Below, in pieces: positions 10,575-20,741 of a stretch of DNA of 64,000 bases (position 1 is the stretch's first letter; every line of letters starts with the position of its first letter). Source of the DNA: Nitrospirota bacterium (GTDB taxonomy: Bacteria; Nitrospirota; Thermodesulfovibrionia; Thermodesulfovibrionales; Dissulfurispiraceae); contig CAVPZX010000005.1 of assembly GCA_963710375.1 (NCBI GenBank), positions 352,001 through 416,000 on the forward strand, read 5' to 3'. The position numbers and the translations under genes are program-made. The notes beneath the pieces were generated by a model. That model saw nothing but the letters and a program-made list of their open reading frames with translations, searched no databases and was not told where the DNA came from.

Positions 10575-10616
10575 GAGATTATTTGCTTTACCTCTGCCTA
10601 TGCCTTTACCTTTCTC
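10551..10616. repeat. inverted short-tandem-repeat hairpin, 6-bp unit AGGTAW, between convergent genes
   Basis: GAGAAAGGTAAAGGTATAGG ... CCTATGCCTTTACCTTTCTC. Confidence 0.85.
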
Positions 10617-11800
10617 ATTTGCATATCTGAGAAGACAATTTATCTCTGCCGTATGGCGAGAGTATCCGCAGTTCTTTTATGATGGGAGGGAGCACCTCGA
10701 TAACTTTATCGATTTCCGCTTCGTTATTGTAACGGCTGAGCGAGAACCTGACTGATCCGTGCAATGCGGTAAACGCTACACCCATTGCCCGCAGGACATG
10801 ACTGGGCTCAAGAGACTCCTGATGTGCAGGCAGATCCCGATGATGCACAAATGCCATATTCATCGAGCCTGAGAAGAATCGCCTCTCCTTCAACATATTC
10901 GAAGCTGATATTTGTTGTATTCGGCAGGCGGTTGCCCCTGTCACCGTTGACCCTGGCATCGGGACAGTTTGCAAGAAGCGAGTTTTCGAGCTTGTCCCTC
11001 AGAATGCTCAGATAGCCATATTCTGTTCCAAGTGCTTCCATCGAGAGCTTGCAAGCCTCGCCCAGTCCAATAATCGAGGCTACATTTTCTGTCCCGGCCC
11101 TCCTGCTGTGCTCCTGATGACCTCCAATGATATATGGATAAAAACGGGTGCCTTTCCGTATATAAAGCGCCCCGATGCCTTTAGGAGCGTGCAGCTTGTG
11201 TCCTGAAAGTGAGAGCATGTCAACAGGGAGCGTTTTCATGTCCAGGGGTATCTTCCCAACTGCCTGCACGGCATCGGTGTGAAAAAGAATCCTCCGCTCT
11301 CTAAGGACTGTCCCGATCTCCTCTATTGGGAAGATCACGCCTGTCTCATTGTTGGCGTACATGATCGACACAATTGCAGTCTCATCGTCAAGCGCCTTGT
11401 AGAAGGCATCCATAGAGAGCCTGCCCATGTTGTCTACAGGAAGAAAGGTAACACGGTACCCCTTGCGCGCAAGGTGCTTGCAGAAATTGTATACTGCGGG
11501 ATGTTCAACCCTTGTCGTGATTATATGCTTCTTTTGAGGGTGTACTTCAAGAGCGCTCATGATAGCTGTATTGTCGCTTTCAGAGCCGCAGCTTGTGAAA
11601 ATAATTTCACCCGGCTCCGCACTGATAAGTTCAGCGACTTTCGCCCGGGCTGCCCGTAAGTGGGGACCGAGCTGTCCGCCAAACGTATGCATGCTTGACG
11701 CGTTACCGTACAGCTCTTTAAGGTAAGGGAGCATGGCTTCCAACACTTCAGGGGCAACGGATGTGGTTGCATTATTGTCCATGTAAATAGGGCTTGTCAT
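10615..11800 (-). pseudogene. nifS: cysteine desulfurase NifS with one +1 frameshift near 10817 (pseudogene or sequencing error)
   Basis: YMDNNATT, SGHKLHAPKG, SSGSACTSG in one frame; SLEPSHVLRAMG..RFSLSRY continues in another. Confidence 0.85.
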
Positions 11801-12636
11801 TCTGTCTTGGCCTCCACTACTATATCGCTGCTGACGAGTTCCCTTAACTTTTCCTCTATCCCCTTTATGGTAACACCGCCCATGGGGCATCCTACGCACA
11901 TTGCCCGCAGGGCAACTATCACATGTGGGCCCTCGACATCTATAAGCTCTATGTCCCCGTTGTCGGCCTGCAGCCGGGGCCGTATTTCCCGTTCTATAAC
12001 ATCTTGTATCAGCGCAATCTTCTGGAGATTGGTAAGTCTCCCGGGTGTTTTAGGCTTCTCAGGCAGAGGCTTTAATGCCCAGATGCCTTTAAGGATTGCT
12101 TCGATATCCGGTATGCAAGTGCCGCACCCGCCTCCTGCTTTTGTGTAATTGGTCACCTCTTCAACAGTGGTAAGACGGTTCTCGATTATTACTTTCCGGA
12201 TCTTCTCCTCGGTCACCTCAAAACACTTGCAGATGAGAGGCTCTCCCGGTTCCGCGACAGGGGCTTTGCCCCTGTAGTTGGCAATGGCGGCGTCGAGTGC
12301 TTCCTGACCCATTACGGAACAATGCATCTTTTCATCAGGTAAGCCGCCTAAAAAATCAGCTATGTCCTTATTGGAGAGCTTGAGCGCCTCGTCTAGCGTC
12401 ATGCCTTTGATCATTTCGGTAAGCGCTGAGGAGCTGGCTATAGCGGAGGCGCAGCCAAAGGTCTGGAATTTCGCATCGACAATCCTGCCGGTGTCTTTGT
12501 CGATTTTAAGAAAGAGTTTGAGGGCATCGCCGCAGATTATACTGCCGACTTCTCCCACTGCATCAGGGTGTTCTATCTCGCCGACATTCTTCGGATGAAG
12601 GAAAAGATCTCTAACCTTCTTTGTATATTCCCACAT
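11797..12636 (-). CDS. nifU: Fe-S cluster assembly protein NifU (three-domain)
   Basis: CGDAL, FQTFGC, KMHCS, ICKCF..GGGCGTC and C-terminal CVGC. Confidence 0.95.
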   Translation of the reverse strand: MWEYTKKVRDLFLHPKNVGEIEHPDAVGEVGSIICGDALKLFLKIDKDTGRIVDAKFQTFGCASAIASSSALTEMIKGMTLDEALKLSNKDIADFLGGLPDEKMHCSVMGQEALDAAIANYRGKAPVAEPGEPLICKCFEVTEEKIRKVIIENRLTTVEEVTNYTKAGGGCGTCIPDIEAILKGIWALKPLPEKPKTPGRLTNLQKIALIQDVIEREIRPRLQADNGDIELIDVEGPHVIVALRAMCVGCPMGGVTIKGIEEKLRELVSSDIVVEAKTE

Positions 12637-12676
12637 ATATCTTTTTAACACACATCAGAAGTCTTGTCAATTTTTG

Positions 12677-12846
12677 GGTAGTGGGCCAGTTTTTTTTTGC
12701 TCTGTATCACCTGGGTTATCAATAGTGGGCGAGTAACGCCGAGCCCACATATATAGAAGTGGCGACCACAGATAATGCTCAATATAGACCAGTGATTGAA
12801 TTGAACGGCTAATTGATACAGAGCAAAAAAAAACTGGCCCACTACC
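12677..12846. mobile_element. 170-bp MITE-like element, 33-bp perfect TIRs, 9-bp target duplication CAATTTTTG
   Basis: GGTAGTGGGCCAG(T9)GCTCTGTATCA ... TGATACAGAGC(A9)CTGGCCCACTACC, flanked by CAATTTTTG at 12668-12676 and 12847-12855. Confidence 0.85.
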
Positions 12847-12890
12847 CAATTTTTGCCTTCTTAACAATTTTATGCTATAGTTTTCTCTGT

Positions 12891-13610
12891 ATGAGAAAGC
12901 TCAATGTGCTTGTTGTCGATGATGTCGCATCCATGCGCAAATTCCTGAAGTACGGGCTGGATAAGAGCTTTCCCGAAATCTTTGTGGACGAGGCTGCCAA
13001 CGGGAAAGAGGCCCAGGCAAAATTAGAAAAAGAGGAGTATGACCTTGTGCTCTGCGACTGGGAAATGCCGTACGTAAACGGCGAAGAACTCCTGACCTGG
13101 GTGCGGAACCACCCGACACTCTCCAAGATGCCCTTTATAATGGTGACGTCAAGAAGTGATAAGCCGAGCGTATTAAAGGCTATGCATGGGGGAGTGGACT
13201 CGTACATGATAAAGCCCTTTACTGCTGACGGCCTTGCACAGAAGGTCATGATGCTTGTCGATAAGGCCGACAGGAGAGAATCGGAGCGCTTTGAAGCGCA
13301 CGGTGATATAAAATTGCATTTCAGGGACCAGGTATCCAGAGGAAATATTGTTGATCTCAGCATGGGAGGACTCTTCTGTTTGATTAGCAGGAAGAATCCA
13401 CTGCCGTCGATTTTTGAAGAGGTGCGGGTAGATGTAACACTTGAGGAAACGCAGAAGAAGGCGGAAGGGCTTCAGGGGTTCATTATCAGGATACAGGCTG
13501 CAGAAGCGTTTATCGATGCCGAAAACGTTAAGATCGCCGTGAAATTCCTCGAACAATCCAGCGAATCAACTAATCAAATTCAGCAGCTCATTGAATCATT
13601 GAAGACCTGA
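12891..13610 (+). CDS. response regulator receiver fused to PilZ-like domain
   Basis: VVDD, LCDWEMP, KPF receiver motifs; RRESER and DLSMGG PilZ motifs. Confidence 0.85.
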   Translation: MRKLNVLVVDDVASMRKFLKYGLDKSFPEIFVDEAANGKEAQAKLEKEEYDLVLCDWEMPYVNGEELLTWVRNHPTLSKMPFIMVTSRSDKPSVLKAMHGGVDSYMIKPFTADGLAQKVMMLVDKADRRESERFEAHGDIKLHFRDQVSRGNIVDLSMGGLFCLISRKNPLPSIFEEVRVDVTLEETQKKAEGLQGFIIRIQAAEAFIDAENVKIAVKFLEQSSESTNQIQQLIESLKT

Positions 13611-13613
13611 GGC

Positions 13614-15140
13614 TCAGAAGCTTTTATTTATTGTATCCCGCACGATCTCTGTTGTCCCCCTAAAATCAATTTTTCCGCTTCCCATTTTCGGGAGTTCTTC
13701 TATCACTACAAACTGGCTCGGGAGGGCGATATTGGGAAGATGCTTCGACATATCCTTTAGCATCTTTTTTTCATCCAGTTGCCGGGTGACAGCCGCCACT
13801 ATCTTTGCCCCTTTTATTGTATCCGGGATCTCGACCACGCAACAGGAAACATCTTGAGGAAGGAATCGTTCAAGTGTGTTTTCCACCCTTACCAATGAAA
13901 CCATTTCTCCCCCGATTTTAACAAATCTCTTTAATCTTCCTGAGTGCCACAGGTACCCATCTTCATCAAAAAAGCCCATATCGCCTGTATCATACCATCC
14001 GTGCCGGATGCGCATGGATGTCTCTTCAAGGTCATCAAAGTAACCCTTCATTACAATATCTCCCTTGACCAGGACCCGCCCAACCTCACCAAACCGGCAA
14101 TCAGCTCCGGTCTCATAATTCTCTATCCGGACCTGCACGCCCGGCAATATCTTGCCGACGCTTCCCGGCCTGCTGTTGCCAGGAGTGTTTGCGGAGATTA
14201 CCGGCGATGTCTCAGTGGTCCCATAACCTTCATAGAGAGTGATTCCATGTTTTTTTTGAAATTCCTCCTGCAGTGTTTCAGGACATTTGTCAGCGCCGCA
14301 GATGACATAACGCAAGCTCCCGAAATCTCCTGATTCGGATTTCCGGAGATAGCCCCATAAAAAACTGGGGGTCCCGACCATTATTGTCGGTTTATGATCT
14401 CTAACAATGTTGCAGATTATCTTGTAGTCGAGGGGGTTTGCATATGAAATGATTGTCATACCAAAGTAGAATGGCACCCAAAGATTGACTGTAAGGCCAA
14501 AGACATGGAAAAAAGGAAGGTTCGCAAGCATGCGGTCCTTATCATTAAGATCGATGATTTTAGAGACGCTTTCAATGTTGGATGCTATGTTACGATGGGT
14601 CAGTTGCACTGCTTTGGGATCTTTTTCGCTGCCGCTCGTGAACAATATAACAAGATTGTCGTCCTCATCACCCGCATGAATATATCTTCTTATACATAAC
14701 TCAGCCGGCAGTGATGCCTTTATCGTCGCTTTCAGTTTGTCGGAGACTGAAACCCTTTCCATGATATCTTCTATAAAGACCATCCCATCAACAGGTTCAC
14801 ATTTAATCTTTTCCAGAAGGGCTTTGGATGTAATAACAGTCTTAACATTGCATTTCCTCTGCGCATTACGAACATTATCTGAAGCGCCAGTAGAATAATT
14901 GATAATTACGGGGGTCTTTCCGCTCATCAATGTGCCAAGGATTGACAGGGCAGCTCCTGCAGACGTTGGAAGCATTATGCCCAGGAATCCTTCTTCATAC
15001 TTCCTGAATTTATCAGCAAGGATCAGAGAGGCGATTAGTGCCTTGGAATAGGTAACTCTTTTGTCGGTAGTGCAATCAATGAAGGCAAGTTTTTTGCCAT
15101 ACTTTTTAGCTGTCTGAACAAAATGATGATGCAAAAGCAT
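13614..15140 (-). CDS. AMP-dependent acyl-ACP synthetase (Aas C-terminal-like)
   Basis: ILFTSGSEKDPK, YEGYGTTETSP, YDTGD, KIGGEMVS motifs. Confidence 0.85.
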   Translation of the reverse strand: MLLHHHFVQTAKKYGKKLAFIDCTTDKRVTYSKALIASLILADKFRKYEEGFLGIMLPTSAGAALSILGTLMSGKTPVIINYSTGASDNVRNAQRKCNVKTVITSKALLEKIKCEPVDGMVFIEDIMERVSVSDKLKATIKASLPAELCIRRYIHAGDEDDNLVILFTSGSEKDPKAVQLTHRNIASNIESVSKIIDLNDKDRMLANLPFFHVFGLTVNLWVPFYFGMTIISYANPLDYKIICNIVRDHKPTIMVGTPSFLWGYLRKSESGDFGSLRYVICGADKCPETLQEEFQKKHGITLYEGYGTTETSPVISANTPGNSRPGSVGKILPGVQVRIENYETGADCRFGEVGRVLVKGDIVMKGYFDDLEETSMRIRHGWYDTGDMGFFDEDGYLWHSGRLKRFVKIGGEMVSLVRVENTLERFLPQDVSCCVVEIPDTIKGAKIVAAVTRQLDEKKMLKDMSKHLPNIALPSQFVVIEELPKMGSGKIDFRGTTEIVRDTINKSF

Positions 15141-15201
15141 AATTAGTATCTGTCCATAAATCAAGATTTAAGTAAAGGGATTCCATTCTTTTTAACATGT
15201 T

Positions 15202-15258
15202 CTGGATTGTCCGGTCAAGCCTCGTCCGGTCAATCCGCCTAGGCGGAGGGCAATCACA
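15202..15258. repeat. REP-like palindrome interrupted by a TCCGCCTAGGCGGA palindrome
   Basis: CTGGATTGTCCGGTCAAGCC, second GTCCGGTCAA, perfect palindrome 15234-15247, then GGGCAATC. Confidence 0.5.
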
Positions 15259-16669
15259 GTTTTTCCCATCCGCCTCCCAGTGCTTTGATCAGCCGCACGC
15301 TGGCGCCGAAGCGCTGTCCTTCTATCCGGGCCTTCTGAAGTTCGTATTGAAGCTTATTCCGTTCGGCATCCAGCAGTTCAAAGCGACTGATTGCGCCGGC
15401 TTCGTAGCGGGCTTTTGCCAGTATATTTACCCGTTCCGCTGAGGCTAGGGCTTCGTCCTGGGCAGCGGCCTGTTCATTGGTGAAGACAATTTGCGCGAGA
15501 GAATCTTCAACTTCTTTAAAGGCTGTGAGCACGGTTTGTCGATAGTCGGCCAGACCTTCATCGTAAGATGCCTTTGCCTGGTCAACGTCAGCAGCAGTCC
15601 GCCCTCCGGTAAACAACGGGAGGCTGACGCCAGGACCAAATGACCAGATGCGGTTGCCATACAAAAATAGATTGTCCACACTGTCGCTGAGATACCCGGC
15701 CTGGCCGGTCAGGTGGAGAACAGGGAAGTAAGCTGCGCGGGCAACACCGATTTGGGCGTTTTTTGCCGCGAGGTTTCTTTCCGCTCTCGCAATGTCGGGC
15801 CGGCGTTCGAGGAGCGATGAGGGCAGACCTGCCGGGATAACAGGAGGCTCAGCGGTCAGGGGGCATTTATGGATCTCAAATGAACTGGCGGGTCTGCCGC
15901 AGAGTAGTGCGATGGCATTTTGGGTTTCGGCGCGCTGACGTGCAGTATCGGCCAACCCGGCTTTGGCACTAGCCAGTTCAGTTTTTGCCTGGGCGAGATC
16001 GCTTTCCGGAACGGTGCCGGTTGTAAAACGGTCGCTCAAGATGCGGACTGTCTCATCGCGCAGTTCCACTGTCCGACGTAATACGGCAATTTCAGCATCC
16101 AGAGACCTGACCCTGAAATAGTCTGCTGCAACATCGGCAGTGAGCGCGAGGAGCACATTATGATAATCCGCGACGCTGGCCTGGGCCTGGGCCTTGGCGG
16201 ATTCCAAAGAGCGTCGGACCCGGCCCCAGAGGTCCACTTCATAACTCAAATCCAGTGGAACGCTGAAAGAATTCAGCTGCATGGAGACCTCTTTGAACTG
16301 GGAGGGGAGCGGGATTGGAATCGGCTGGTGGGCCGAAGTCCGCTGCCTGCTGAACGACGGATCGAGGGACAGTTCCGGGAATAACCGGCCTCTGCTGAGC
16401 CTTGCGGCAGCAAGGTATTCATCTATGCGGGCCACGGCGGCACGGAGATTTTGATTGTTTGAGACAGCGCCGTCTTCCAGTTCATCAAGTGCCGGGTCTT
16501 TGAAAAGTTTCCACCACTCGCCTTTCGGGATCGTATCCTTAGGCTCTGCAATTTTCCAGCGCCAGTCAGTAGGAGTGATGTTTGTCACATCGGGCCTCTT
16601 GTAGTCAGGGCCTACTGCGCATGAACAGAGCACCGCAAGCACCGCACATTGCCAAAGCAGCTTCTTCAT
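15254..16669 (-). CDS. efflux outer membrane lipoprotein (NodT/OprM family)
   Basis: Lipobox LCSC, YEVDLWGR, LLERRPDI, KALGGGW. Confidence 0.93.
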   Translation of the reverse strand: MKKLLWQCAVLAVLCSCAVGPDYKRPDVTNITPTDWRWKIAEPKDTIPKGEWWKLFKDPALDELEDGAVSNNQNLRAAVARIDEYLAAARLSRGRLFPELSLDPSFSRQRTSAHQPIPIPLPSQFKEVSMQLNSFSVPLDLSYEVDLWGRVRRSLESAKAQAQASVADYHNVLLALTADVAADYFRVRSLDAEIAVLRRTVELRDETVRILSDRFTTGTVPESDLAQAKTELASAKAGLADTARQRAETQNAIALLCGRPASSFEIHKCPLTAEPPVIPAGLPSSLLERRPDIARAERNLAAKNAQIGVARAAYFPVLHLTGQAGYLSDSVDNLFLYGNRIWSFGPGVSLPLFTGGRTAADVDQAKASYDEGLADYRQTVLTAFKEVEDSLAQIVFTNEQAAAQDEALASAERVNILAKARYEAGAISRFELLDAERNKLQYELQKARIEGQRFGASVRLIKALGGGWEKL

Positions 16670-16671
16670 AA

Positions 16672-17811
16672 TTAATCCAGTGTCCTCCGGTAACGCTTTA
16701 CTCCGATTGTCACGGCAAAAAAAGCAAAAAGCGCGATTTGCCAAAGTTGCAGCATGACGTCTGCAAAACCGTTGCCTTTTAACACAATCCCGCGGACGAT
16801 CCTCAGGTAATGGGTGAGCGGGAACCATTCCCCGAGCGCCTGTGCCCAGTGAGGCATGCCGCGGAAAGGGAACATGAACCCTGAAAGCAGTACCGAGGGC
16901 AGGAAGAAGAAATATGACATTTGAAGGGCCTGGCGCTGATTCTTGGCTATTGTGGAAACGCTGATGCCCAGCGCCAGATTTGCGGTGATAAACACAAATG
17001 AGGCCGCGAGCAGCAGGAATATGTTTCCAACCATAGGGACATGAAAAAGAAAACGGGCTGCTGCAAGGATGAGGAACAGCTGAATGTAACCTACTAGTAT
17101 ATAAGGAACGATCTTGCCCACCAGCACCTCGACCGGGCGTGTAGGCATGGAAAGGAGATTTTCCATGGTGCCGCTCTCGAGTTCCCGGGTAATTGCAAGG
17201 GCTGTTATAACGATCGTGGTCATAGTAAGGATGACGCCCATAAGGCCCGGCACTATGTTGAATTGCGTATTGACTTCGGGGTTATACAGGGCGTGTGTGC
17301 GCAGATCGATGGGGCCGTTAACGCCGGACAGATAAGAGAGCGGGCCCTTCAGATCGTTTTGCAACACGCTGTCGAACAGAAAGCGCAAAGAGCCGAGAGC
17401 ATTACTGGTAGCTGCAGGATCGGTTGCATCCGCTTCGATAAGAACGGGTGGCCTGTCGCCGCGCAGGAGGTCCCGCGTGAAATTCTGCGGGATATTAATT
17501 ACGAACTGTACCTCACCGCGTTCAAGCGCTTTGCGTCCTTCGGCTTCGGTCTTGATCTCCCTGACGAAATCGAAATAACTGCTGTTCCGAAGTGAGTAAA
17601 GAACAGTCCTGCCCATAGGGCCGTTATCGTTAACCAGCATCGCGGCAGGAAGGTGCTTGGGATCAGAATTGATTGCGTAGCCGAAAAGGGTGATCATAAT
17701 GAGAGGCATGATTATCATGAGCGCGAAGGTGACCCGGTCCCTGCGCATCTGGATAAATTCCTTGACCACCATAGCCCAGAACCGCGCCGGCGAAATCCTG
17801 ATTTTTATCAT
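16672..17811 (-). CDS. ABC-2 transporter permease
   Basis: KEFIQMRRD, RELESGTME, LSGFMFP motifs. Confidence 0.92.
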   Translation of the reverse strand: MIKIRISPARFWAMVVKEFIQMRRDRVTFALMIIMPLIMITLFGYAINSDPKHLPAAMLVNDNGPMGRTVLYSLRNSSYFDFVREIKTEAEGRKALERGEVQFVINIPQNFTRDLLRGDRPPVLIEADATDPAATSNALGSLRFLFDSVLQNDLKGPLSYLSGVNGPIDLRTHALYNPEVNTQFNIVPGLMGVILTMTTIVITALAITRELESGTMENLLSMPTRPVEVLVGKIVPYILVGYIQLFLILAAARFLFHVPMVGNIFLLLAASFVFITANLALGISVSTIAKNQRQALQMSYFFFLPSVLLSGFMFPFRGMPHWAQALGEWFPLTHYLRIVRGIVLKGNGFADVMLQLWQIALFAFFAVTIGVKRYRRTLD

Positions 17812-18734
17812 GACGACAGTCCATCCTTTGGCTGATTCATAAGATGGATGAAAACATCTTCCAGGCTCGAATCGACACGGCGCCAGTTATACCGTCCGGT
17901 GCGATACGGGACGATAGCTTTATCAAGAGCGGCAGGATCATCGCCGCTGACGCGGAGCGTATTGCCGAAAGGCACTGCCTGCTCCACGCCGGGTGCGTCC
18001 CGGAGCTGTCCGGCCAATTCGAGCAAGTCCGGTCCGCTGACCGACCACGTTGTGAGGTGGGCCCGATCGATGACTCCTCTGACTGTGCCGCGGGTGAGCA
18101 GAATGCTGTTGGAGATGAAGGCAATCCGATGGCAGCGTTCGGCTTCATCCATATAATGCGTGGCAACAAGGAATGTAAGCCCCTGTCCGGCAAGCTGATG
18201 GATCTCCTCCCAGAATTCCCTGCGCGCTTGCGGGTCAACGCCGGCAGTCGGTTCGTCCAGCAGCAGGAGCTTCGGCTGGTGAAGCATGCACGCCGCCAAT
18301 GCGAGGCGCTGTTTCCAGCCGCCCGAAAGCTCGCCTGCAAGCTGGTTCCTGCGCTCCGTCAGTCCTAGTTTTTCGATGCTCTCCCGGACAACATCCCTGC
18401 GGTTGCTCAGGGAATACATGCGCGCTACGAAATCAAGGTTCTCGGAAACACTCAAGTCCTCATAAAAACTGAACCGCTGGGTCATATACCCTACCCGCCG
18501 CTTTATATCTTCGCTCTCTGTGATCACGTTATGGCCAAGGCATGTACCGCTGCCGGAATCAGCCCTTAGAAGACCGCACAGCATGCGAATAAATGTGGTT
18601 TTGCCGCTGCCGTTCGGACCGAGAAATCCACATATTTCGCCGGTAGCGACCTGGAGGTCAACACTACTTACAGCGGTATGCCCGCCAAACCGCTTGGTCA
18701 TTCCATGCACATCTATGGCGAGTTCGGCGGCCAT
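17808..18734 (-). CDS. ABC transporter ATP-binding protein
   Basis: GPNGSGKTT, LSGG, LLLLDEPT. Confidence 0.95.
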   Translation of the reverse strand: MAAELAIDVHGMTKRFGGHTAVSSVDLQVATGEICGFLGPNGSGKTTFIRMLCGLLRADSGSGTCLGHNVITESEDIKRRVGYMTQRFSFYEDLSVSENLDFVARMYSLSNRRDVVRESIEKLGLTERRNQLAGELSGGWKQRLALAACMLHQPKLLLLDEPTAGVDPQARREFWEEIHQLAGQGLTFLVATHYMDEAERCHRIAFISNSILLTRGTVRGVIDRAHLTTWSVSGPDLLELAGQLRDAPGVEQAVPFGNTLRVSGDDPAALDKAIVPYRTGRYNWRRVDSSLEDVFIHLMNQPKDGLSS

Positions 18735-18737
18735 GGA

Positions 18738-19721
18738 TCAAGGACCTAACTGTACATCCACGGGCTGGCCTGGATGCAGCCTCGCCGCAGTTTCGGCATC
18801 GAATTCAACTTCAATCATGAAGACCAGTTTGCCGCGGTTTTCCCTGTTATAGATTACAGGCGGCGTGTATTCGGCCTTTGGCGAAATGAAACTTACCTTT
18901 CCCATAAATGGAGCAGGCACGCTGTCCACTATGACCCTTACTGTTTCGCCGTAATGAATTGAGCTGACGCGGGCTTCCGGCACAAACGCGCGAACTTTGA
19001 TGTTGCGGGGCGGCAGCAGCACAACGACGGGATGGCCTGCTGCGACCCATTCACCCTCGCGATAGAGCGTGTCATAAATCAATCCGGCTTCGGGCGCGGC
19101 CTGGCGTTTTTGAGAAAGGTCCCATCCCGCCCTGGCCAGCGTTGCTGTCAGCGCCCTCACATTGGCTTCTGCAGCTGCAATCTGGTCACTCCTGGAGCCC
19201 AGATGAGCTGTTGCCAGGTCGGCTTCCAATTGGGCCACCCGTTGGCGGTCCTGGTCCCTCGCTGAACGCGCTCGGTCAACGTCCTGGACAGAAGACGCCG
19301 ATGTCCGCAGGAGTTTTTCCTGTCGCGCGAGTTCTTTTTCCGAAAGTACCAGGGCTGCCTGGGCCTGACGCAACTGGGCTTCGGCGGACTCTATTTCTGT
19401 GGGCCGTCTGCCTTTCCTGGCGTCTTCCAAACTCGAGTGGGCCTGGACCAGCCTCCGTTCTGCCTCGTCCCTGGCAGATTTTTCAGGCTCATTATCCAAT
19501 GTGAAGAGCAGTTTGTCGGTCTTCACCTGATCTCCCCGCTGCACGTCCAAAGACTTTAACTCTCCGGCAAACGGTGAAGCGATATAAACGAATTCTCCCT
19601 CCGCATAACCCTGCACACTATTGTCAGCAGGGCGGCTGCAGCCGGCCAGAATGCACAACGCCGCCAGAATGCACAAGTTATTTATTCTCGAGCCCTTATG
19701 CGGAGCCCCTGCGCAGATCAT
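18738..19721 (-). CDS. HlyD-family membrane fusion lipoprotein
   Basis: LAGC lipobox, coiled coil, AEYTPP motif. Confidence 0.9.
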   Translation of the reverse strand: MICAGAPHKGSRINNLCILAALCILAGCSRPADNSVQGYAEGEFVYIASPFAGELKSLDVQRGDQVKTDKLLFTLDNEPEKSARDEAERRLVQAHSSLEDARKGRRPTEIESAEAQLRQAQAALVLSEKELARQEKLLRTSASSVQDVDRARSARDQDRQRVAQLEADLATAHLGSRSDQIAAAEANVRALTATLARAGWDLSQKRQAAPEAGLIYDTLYREGEWVAAGHPVVVLLPPRNIKVRAFVPEARVSSIHYGETVRVIVDSVPAPFMGKVSFISPKAEYTPPVIYNRENRGKLVFMIEVEFDAETAARLHPGQPVDVQLGP

Positions 19722-20347
19722 ATTTTCAACCTTCCTTTCTCGGTGATCAAACCCTCGAGAATCACCGTAATGATAGAGGCATAGGCCGCCTTTATCGTGA
19801 TACCCAGCTCTTCTAACCTCGAAGGGTTTATAATGGCCTGCACCGAGCTTAGGATAATGTCCGTCACCACTTTGGCCGGAATGTCCTTGCGTATGATCCC
19901 GGCCCTGCGTCCCGCGCCAAGTAGCCTCCCGAAATAGCGCTGAATAATATCGCGGCGCCGACCCTCTATCAGTTTGAAGATTTCTGGCGCCTCACGGCGA
20001 AGGTCACGGATAAAGGGGGGATGAATCTCCCCTATATGGCCTTGTATGCAGGTAAGCACATTTTGGAGGACTCGGGGAAAATCGGCCAACGGTCCGGAAC
20101 TTATTTGCTGCAGCTCAGACTCGACGTCCTGAAATTTATCGAGGATTACGACCTCTACAAGAGCCATCTTGCTCGGGAAGTGAGCGTAAAGGGTTTTTTT
20201 GCTCATCCCTAGTTCTTTTGCAATGTCATCCATTGTGACACCGCGAAAGCCGTTAGCGAAAAAATGCTGCCGGGCAGCGGCAACGATCCTCAGCCATTGG
20301 GAATTCACTGCAGGCGATTCTTTCAAATCCGCTTTGGTGCGTTGCAT
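19718..20347 (-). CDS. TetR/AcrR-family regulator
   Basis: TMDDIAKELGMSKKTLYAHFPSK helix-turn-helix. Confidence 0.93.
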   Translation of the reverse strand: MQRTKADLKESPAVNSQWLRIVAAARQHFFANGFRGVTMDDIAKELGMSKKTLYAHFPSKMALVEVVILDKFQDVESELQQISSGPLADFPRVLQNVLTCIQGHIGEIHPPFIRDLRREAPEIFKLIEGRRRDIIQRYFGRLLGAGRRAGIIRKDIPAKVVTDIILSSVQAIINPSRLEELGITIKAAYASIITVILEGLITEKGRLKI

Positions 20348-20447
20348 GGATAATAACACTCCTTCAGGGCAAGGACCTGTAACCGTGCTTAAATACTCTG
20401 TAAACTATCGAAGTATATAAAGTTTCCTTGACCGTGTCAAGGCCGGG

Positions 20448-20535
20448 TAGGTAAAGGTAGAGGTAGAGGTAGAGCAAAAGCAATAACCAGGGCAGGCTTA
20501 ATCGAGTATTTTCTATACCTCTACCTATACCTCTG
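20448..20535. repeat. inverted short-tandem-repeat hairpin, 6-bp unit AGGTAG
   Basis: AGGTAAAGGTAGAGGTAGAGGTAGAG ... CTATACCTCTACCTATACCTCT. Confidence 0.85.
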
Positions 20536-20657
20536 TTTGGCATCGCGATACGGTTGCTAAAACAACCCCAAAAAGGGTAGATTATTACAATTCAAATACA
20601 TTAGACAATAAGCACCGGCATGGCAGTCTCAGTAACTACGTGTTTTAAGAGTGTAAA

Positions 20658-20732
20658 GGGCGATTAGCTCAGTGGTAGAGCGCTTCCTTCACACGGAAGA
20701 GGTCGAGGGTTCGATACCCCCATCGCCTACCA
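20658..20732 (+). tRNA. tRNA-Val(CAC)
   Basis: Cloverleaf; anticodon arm CTTCC-TT-CAC-AC-GGAAG; GGTTCGA T-loop; CCA end. Confidence 0.95.
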
Positions 20733-20741
20733 TTAACGGCA

